Of a stretch of DNA of 64,000 nucleotides, positions 59,349 to 64,000 are shown one piece after another. Both the position numbers and the translations under genes were made by a program. The first letter of the stretch is position 1, and each line of letters starts with the position of its first letter. This stretch comes from Piromyces finnis finn. Lineage: Eukaryota > Fungi > Neocallimastigomycota. The notes under the pieces are model-generated. The model saw only the letters and a list, made by a program, of their open reading frames with translations, made no database searches and was not told the origin of the DNA. The stretch lies in NCBI GenBank assembly GCA_002104945.1, contig MCFH01000055.1, forward strand, positions 248,001-312,000, read 5' to 3'.

Positions 59349-60111
59349 GAATTATACTTTAAAATAAAAAAAAATAATAATAATTAAGTATTTTCGCCTT
59401 TAAAAGATATTTCAATAAAATAATTCTTTAGTTATATATATATATATATTTTTATGAAATTTAAATATAAAAAGAAAAGATAATGCATTTATTTTTTCAA
59501 TAATGTAAAAATCATGAATAATAAAAATAAAAATTAATGCTAAGTTACAAATTAATTATTTAATTAAAATTAAATTTAAAATTTTAACCTTTTTATTTTT
59601 ATAGAAAAAAAAAAACAAATTTTGGATAAAAATATTTTCTAATAATGTATATGTATATAAAGAATTATTCATTGAAAAGGACATACTATATAAAAGAACG
59701 ATAAAAATTGATAATATATACTTTTTTATTAATGAAAACTTGTATATATGTATATATAATGATATAATGACATTTCAAAGTTAAACATCTTTATAACATA
59801 CTAAATATTTATGAATTTTATTTCTTTAATTTATAAATAATTATAGGTTAGATTATATAAAATACGACTTTATTTTTGTCAGATAAATTTAGTTTACACT
59901 TAAATTTATTTATAAAACTATTTGGGTTTTTATAATCTTTTATTTATTTATATTTATTTTATAATATAAATATTGTAACTTTCTTAAAATCTTTTTATTA
60001 AAAAATAACCAAAGAATAAAAATGTAGTACAATATTAATTTATAATTTTATAAAATACAAATACATAAAAAATACATAAAATATTATTTTGGAATGTATT
60101 TTATTTTCACA

Positions 60112-60120
60112 CTCCCCCAA
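60112..60120 (-). other. Polypurine tract of the copia element; 3' LTR begins TG at ~60111 and extends leftward (far end not definable)
   Basis: Minus strand reads TTGGGGGAG-TGTGAAAA a few bases after the pol stop at 60134. Confidence 0.75.
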
Positions 60121-60133
60121 AGTTATAAATTCA

Positions 60134-63100
60134 TTATTTGTATTTATATAATAAACTATCTCTAAATATTTTCATTTTATTTTTATTCAAGTATTTAGTA
60201 AAACCATCTGCTAAATTTTCTTCTGATTTTATATATTCTAGACTGATTTTATTTTCTTTAATTAATTCTCTTACTTTATGGTACTTAATATCAATATGTT
60301 TTGACTTTGGATTAATCGTTTCATTATTTGCGTTGTAAATAGTTGCTTGATTATCAATATTGATTTTTAAGCATTCTTCCTTTATTTTTAATTCACTAAA
60401 AATATTTCTATACCACAGAGCTTGCTTTGAGCATTCACAAAGTCCATAATATTCTGCTTCGGCGGTTGAAGTTGATACACATTTTTGCAGTTTTGAGTAC
60501 CAGCTTGTTGGTCCATTTCCCAATAAAAATACAAATCCAGTGGTAGATTTTCTTGTTTCTTCATCTCCCCCATAGTCTGAATCTACAAAAATCTTCAAAT
60601 TTAAGTTTCTTTCAAAACGGATTCCATAATGAGGATTTTCTTTCAGATATTTGAATATTTGTAATACATTCTTCCAATTTTGGATAGTAGGATTTTGTGA
60701 GAACCTAGATGCTTTGGTTACTGAAAATAAGATATCTGGACGAGTACCTATGGCTAAATATAAAAGACTTCCTATTGCAGCTCTATAAGTAGTAGGGTCA
60801 AAAGGCTGATTGAGTTGTTCATCATTCTTGATTGGTGTAGTTGTCTTTGATCCTCTGCAGTTTTCTAAACCAAATTTGTGTAATATATCCTTTAAATACC
60901 TTTCTTGATGTAACAAATACCCATCTTTTAACGTTTCTACTTTGATTCCTATGATGAAATTTGCATCACCAACATCCGTGATAACATATTTCTCTTTAAT
61001 TAATTTAATAGTTTTATCTATTTCTTCCTTTTTACCAGTTATTAGGATGTCATCAACATATATTCCAACTAAACATACTAATTTATTGTTTTTGGTCTTT
61101 ATAAATATGCATGGTTCGCTAACTAATTTCTGAAATCCTAGTTCAATGAGAGTATTGCTGATGTTGTTATTCCATTCTCTTGCTGCTTGTTTTAAGCCAT
61201 ATAATGCTTTATTTAATTTCCATAATCCTTTTTTATACATTTTATCTCCTTCAGGTGCTTTCATATATATATCTTCCTTTAAATCTGCATACAAATATGC
61301 GGCCTTAACATCTAATTGATGGATTTTATAGTTATTAATTGCAGCTATTCCTATTAGGATTCTTAATGAGTCTTGTTTTAGAGTAGGAGAAAAGGTCTCA
61401 TTGTAGTCTTCTCCATATTCTTGTGTAAAACCTCTGGCTACAAGTCTAGCTTTGTATTTTTCTATCTCACCAGTGCTATTCCTTTTTATCTTAAATACCC
61501 ATCTTGAATCAATAATATTGGCGTCTTCTGGAACTTCATCTATTCTTTTGAACACTTTTCTTTCTTTCATATTTAGCAATTCGGCTTCTATTGCTTTTAT
61601 CCACTTATCCTTATCTTTTCTTTTAAATATATCATTATAGGAATTTGGCTCCTTGATTTGTGCTATAGTTAGCGCCACTTCCTTAATTTTCTTCTTTTCT
61701 GGTTCATGTTCATGTGGCTTACTAAATTTTTCTTCTATGACATCTTCACTTGGAACAAGTTTCCGCTTTCTTGGGAATTTTTCTTCCTTTGGTGGATGAT
61801 TTTCATTTAATTTAAAATTTTTATTGGATTTTAATTTTCTATTTAGATTTCTCTTATTCAAAAAATTTTGTTTTGATAATAACTTTTTCTTATCAAAAAA
61901 TTTTTTCTTAGATTTATCTTTATTGATTGGATCTTTAATTTCATTTTTATTTTTTAAATTTCTCAAATTATATTCCTTTTTATTTTGATTATTTAAATTA
62001 CTTTCTTTTTCATCAGAAATATTTTTAAATTTGGACTTTTCTTCAGGAATATTGATATTTTCTTTATTCAAATTTCTTCTTATTTCATTCTCATTAATAG
62101 GTATGTAATTTTTCTTATAATATTCTTCATTCTTATAATTTACTTTTACATTTGAATAATTATTTTCTATTTCTTTTCTATTATTTTTATTTATATTATT
62201 TTTGACACTCTCAATATTTTCAAAATCAATTTTCTTTCTTGTTCCTAAATCAATGTCAGGACTCAGGATATTTAAAAAATCATTATTGTCAATTTCTCCA
62301 GTTAAATCATTTATCTCCATTTCTGATGGTGTTTTTAATACTTCTTCAATTAATTCATTTTTATTTACAATGTCTGAATTTTCTTCTATAAAATAAACAT
62401 TTCCTTTTGCATTCAGGTATTTATTATTCCTTTTATTATCCTTTGATATATTTGAATTGTCTTTACTGTTTATATTTTTATTTTTCTTGTCGTCATTTCT
62501 CTTTATATTCACTTCTTTAATTTCACAAATTTCAGTTTCGTCAGCACTATTATATTTTAAATTATTATATTTTAAATTATTTTCTTCCAAGGTAAAGTTA
62601 TTTATATTGCCGTCGTTACTTCCTGAAATGTCATTATTGTTTTCTTTTTCTTTATTGGTTTCACTTACAGATTCCATTGAAGTACTTATTTTAATTTCTT
62701 TATTTTCTTCCATTTCTTCAATTTTCTGGTAATTATTTTTGTTCAAACGTTCTTTTTTCTTTTCTTTTAGTTTAATATAGTCTAAGAGATTTAAGTCTTC
62801 TTCTTCTGAGTCTTCTATACTCATATTACTATCATTAGTGTCCTCGCAGACTTGCATAAAACTTTCAGAACTATTATTTTTTTCTTTATTTAATAGTGAC
62901 GTGAGCTTATCCAGCTTTTCTTCTATATTTCTAAATTTTTCTTCATAATTTACTTCTTTTAAGTCTTCTTTATTACTAGTTTTATCATTGAGTGTTTCTA
63001 GGTTTTCATTCATTAATTTATCATTTTCATTTGAAATGTCCTTTTCTTTTTTGTCTTTATTGTTATTGTTTTCATTTTCTTTATCATACATATAATTAAA

Positions 63101-64000
63101 GTTCCTTACTTGAAAAGTTTCTGTATCTTGACTATATGTTTCATTATTATTTTCTTTTTCTAAATTATAATTGTAGTCACCAGGTTCTTCTTCTAAAAAA
63201 CCTACGACTCTTTTCACTTTAATTTTCCTTGATTTTATGTCGAATATTCTGTATCCTACTGAAGATTCATCATATCCGATAAAGATTCCCTCCTTAGTTT
63301 TGTCTTGAAATTTTGGAATGTTACTGTCATCTAAATAATACACTTTACATCCAAATACTCTTAAATTTTTATAATCAACTTTTCTGTTGTACATTAATTC
63401 AAATGGTATTTCACCATTAATTCCACTGTGCGGAACTCGATTATGAACATAGTTCGCTGTTTTCACAGCATCTTCCCAAAAGCGACGACATAACCTTGCG
63501 TCCATTAACATTGCAGTAGCAGTTTTTATTAACTTTCCATTGAATCTTTCTGCTCTTCCATTCTGCTCCGGATTTCCAGGGACGGTGAATTGTTGAGTTA
63601 TTCCATATTCGTTACATAACTCCTTGAAGTTATTAGAAGTGAATTCAGTTCCATTATCGCTTCTAAGATATTTTACTTTGGATGATAATTCATTAGTAGT
63701 TTTATTCAGCCAATTTCCAAATTCTTTGAAAACATCACTTTTATTCTTGACAAATATTACCCATCCATATCGACTGTAATCATCTAAGATACTTAAAAAG
63801 TATACGTTGTCATGAATTGATGGTGTGATTGGACCTACCAAATCGATGTGTACTAGTTCCAAAACACTTGATGCTCTACTATCTGACCTTTTATGAGGGA
63901 TTTCTTTCATTTTGCTTCTCATGCATATTGTACAATTGTGAATATTGTTCTTTTCATCATTATTGTTGAAATTCAGATGCCCTATTCTTCTATGCCAGTA
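60134..64000 (-). mobile_element. Ty1/copia LTR retrotransposon pol (integrase-RT-RNase H), open frame, 5' part outside the window
   Basis: WHRRIGH...CTIC (zinc-binding HHCC), VHIDLVGP, YLRSDNGTEF, EQNGRAER, YKARLVARGFTQ, LDVKAAYL, LNKALYGLKQAAREW, YVDDIL, FVDSDYGG, STAEAEY and KSKHIDIKYH; IN-RT-RH domain order is diagnostic of copia. Confidence 0.96.

Overview
Extremely AT-rich eukaryotic DNA with short GT-AG introns, most consistent with an anaerobic gut fungus (Neocallimastigomycota; inferred from composition and gene content). Left to right: a secreted GH25 muramidase (cut by the window edge and absent from the ORF track) and an intronless XylE-type sugar symporter, both bacterial-like; a decayed Asn-rich gene interrupted by a 555-bp SINE derived from tRNA-Ala, with a 13-bp target-site duplication; PNS1/CTL; a decayed APE+RT LINE whose 3' region shares a 35/41-nt segment with the SINE tail; a SCAPER-like gene; RIM2; a SET-MYND gene; two tandem, diverged TmcB/TmcC-like multipass membrane genes; URB1/NPA1; a CEP295/Ana1-like centriole gene; BRL1/BRR6; and a Ty1/copia retrotransposon with an open pol frame running off the right edge. 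The most novel-looking system is the SINE-LINE pair. Family assignments come from motif recognition, not database searches, and the boundaries of multi-exon genes are approximate.
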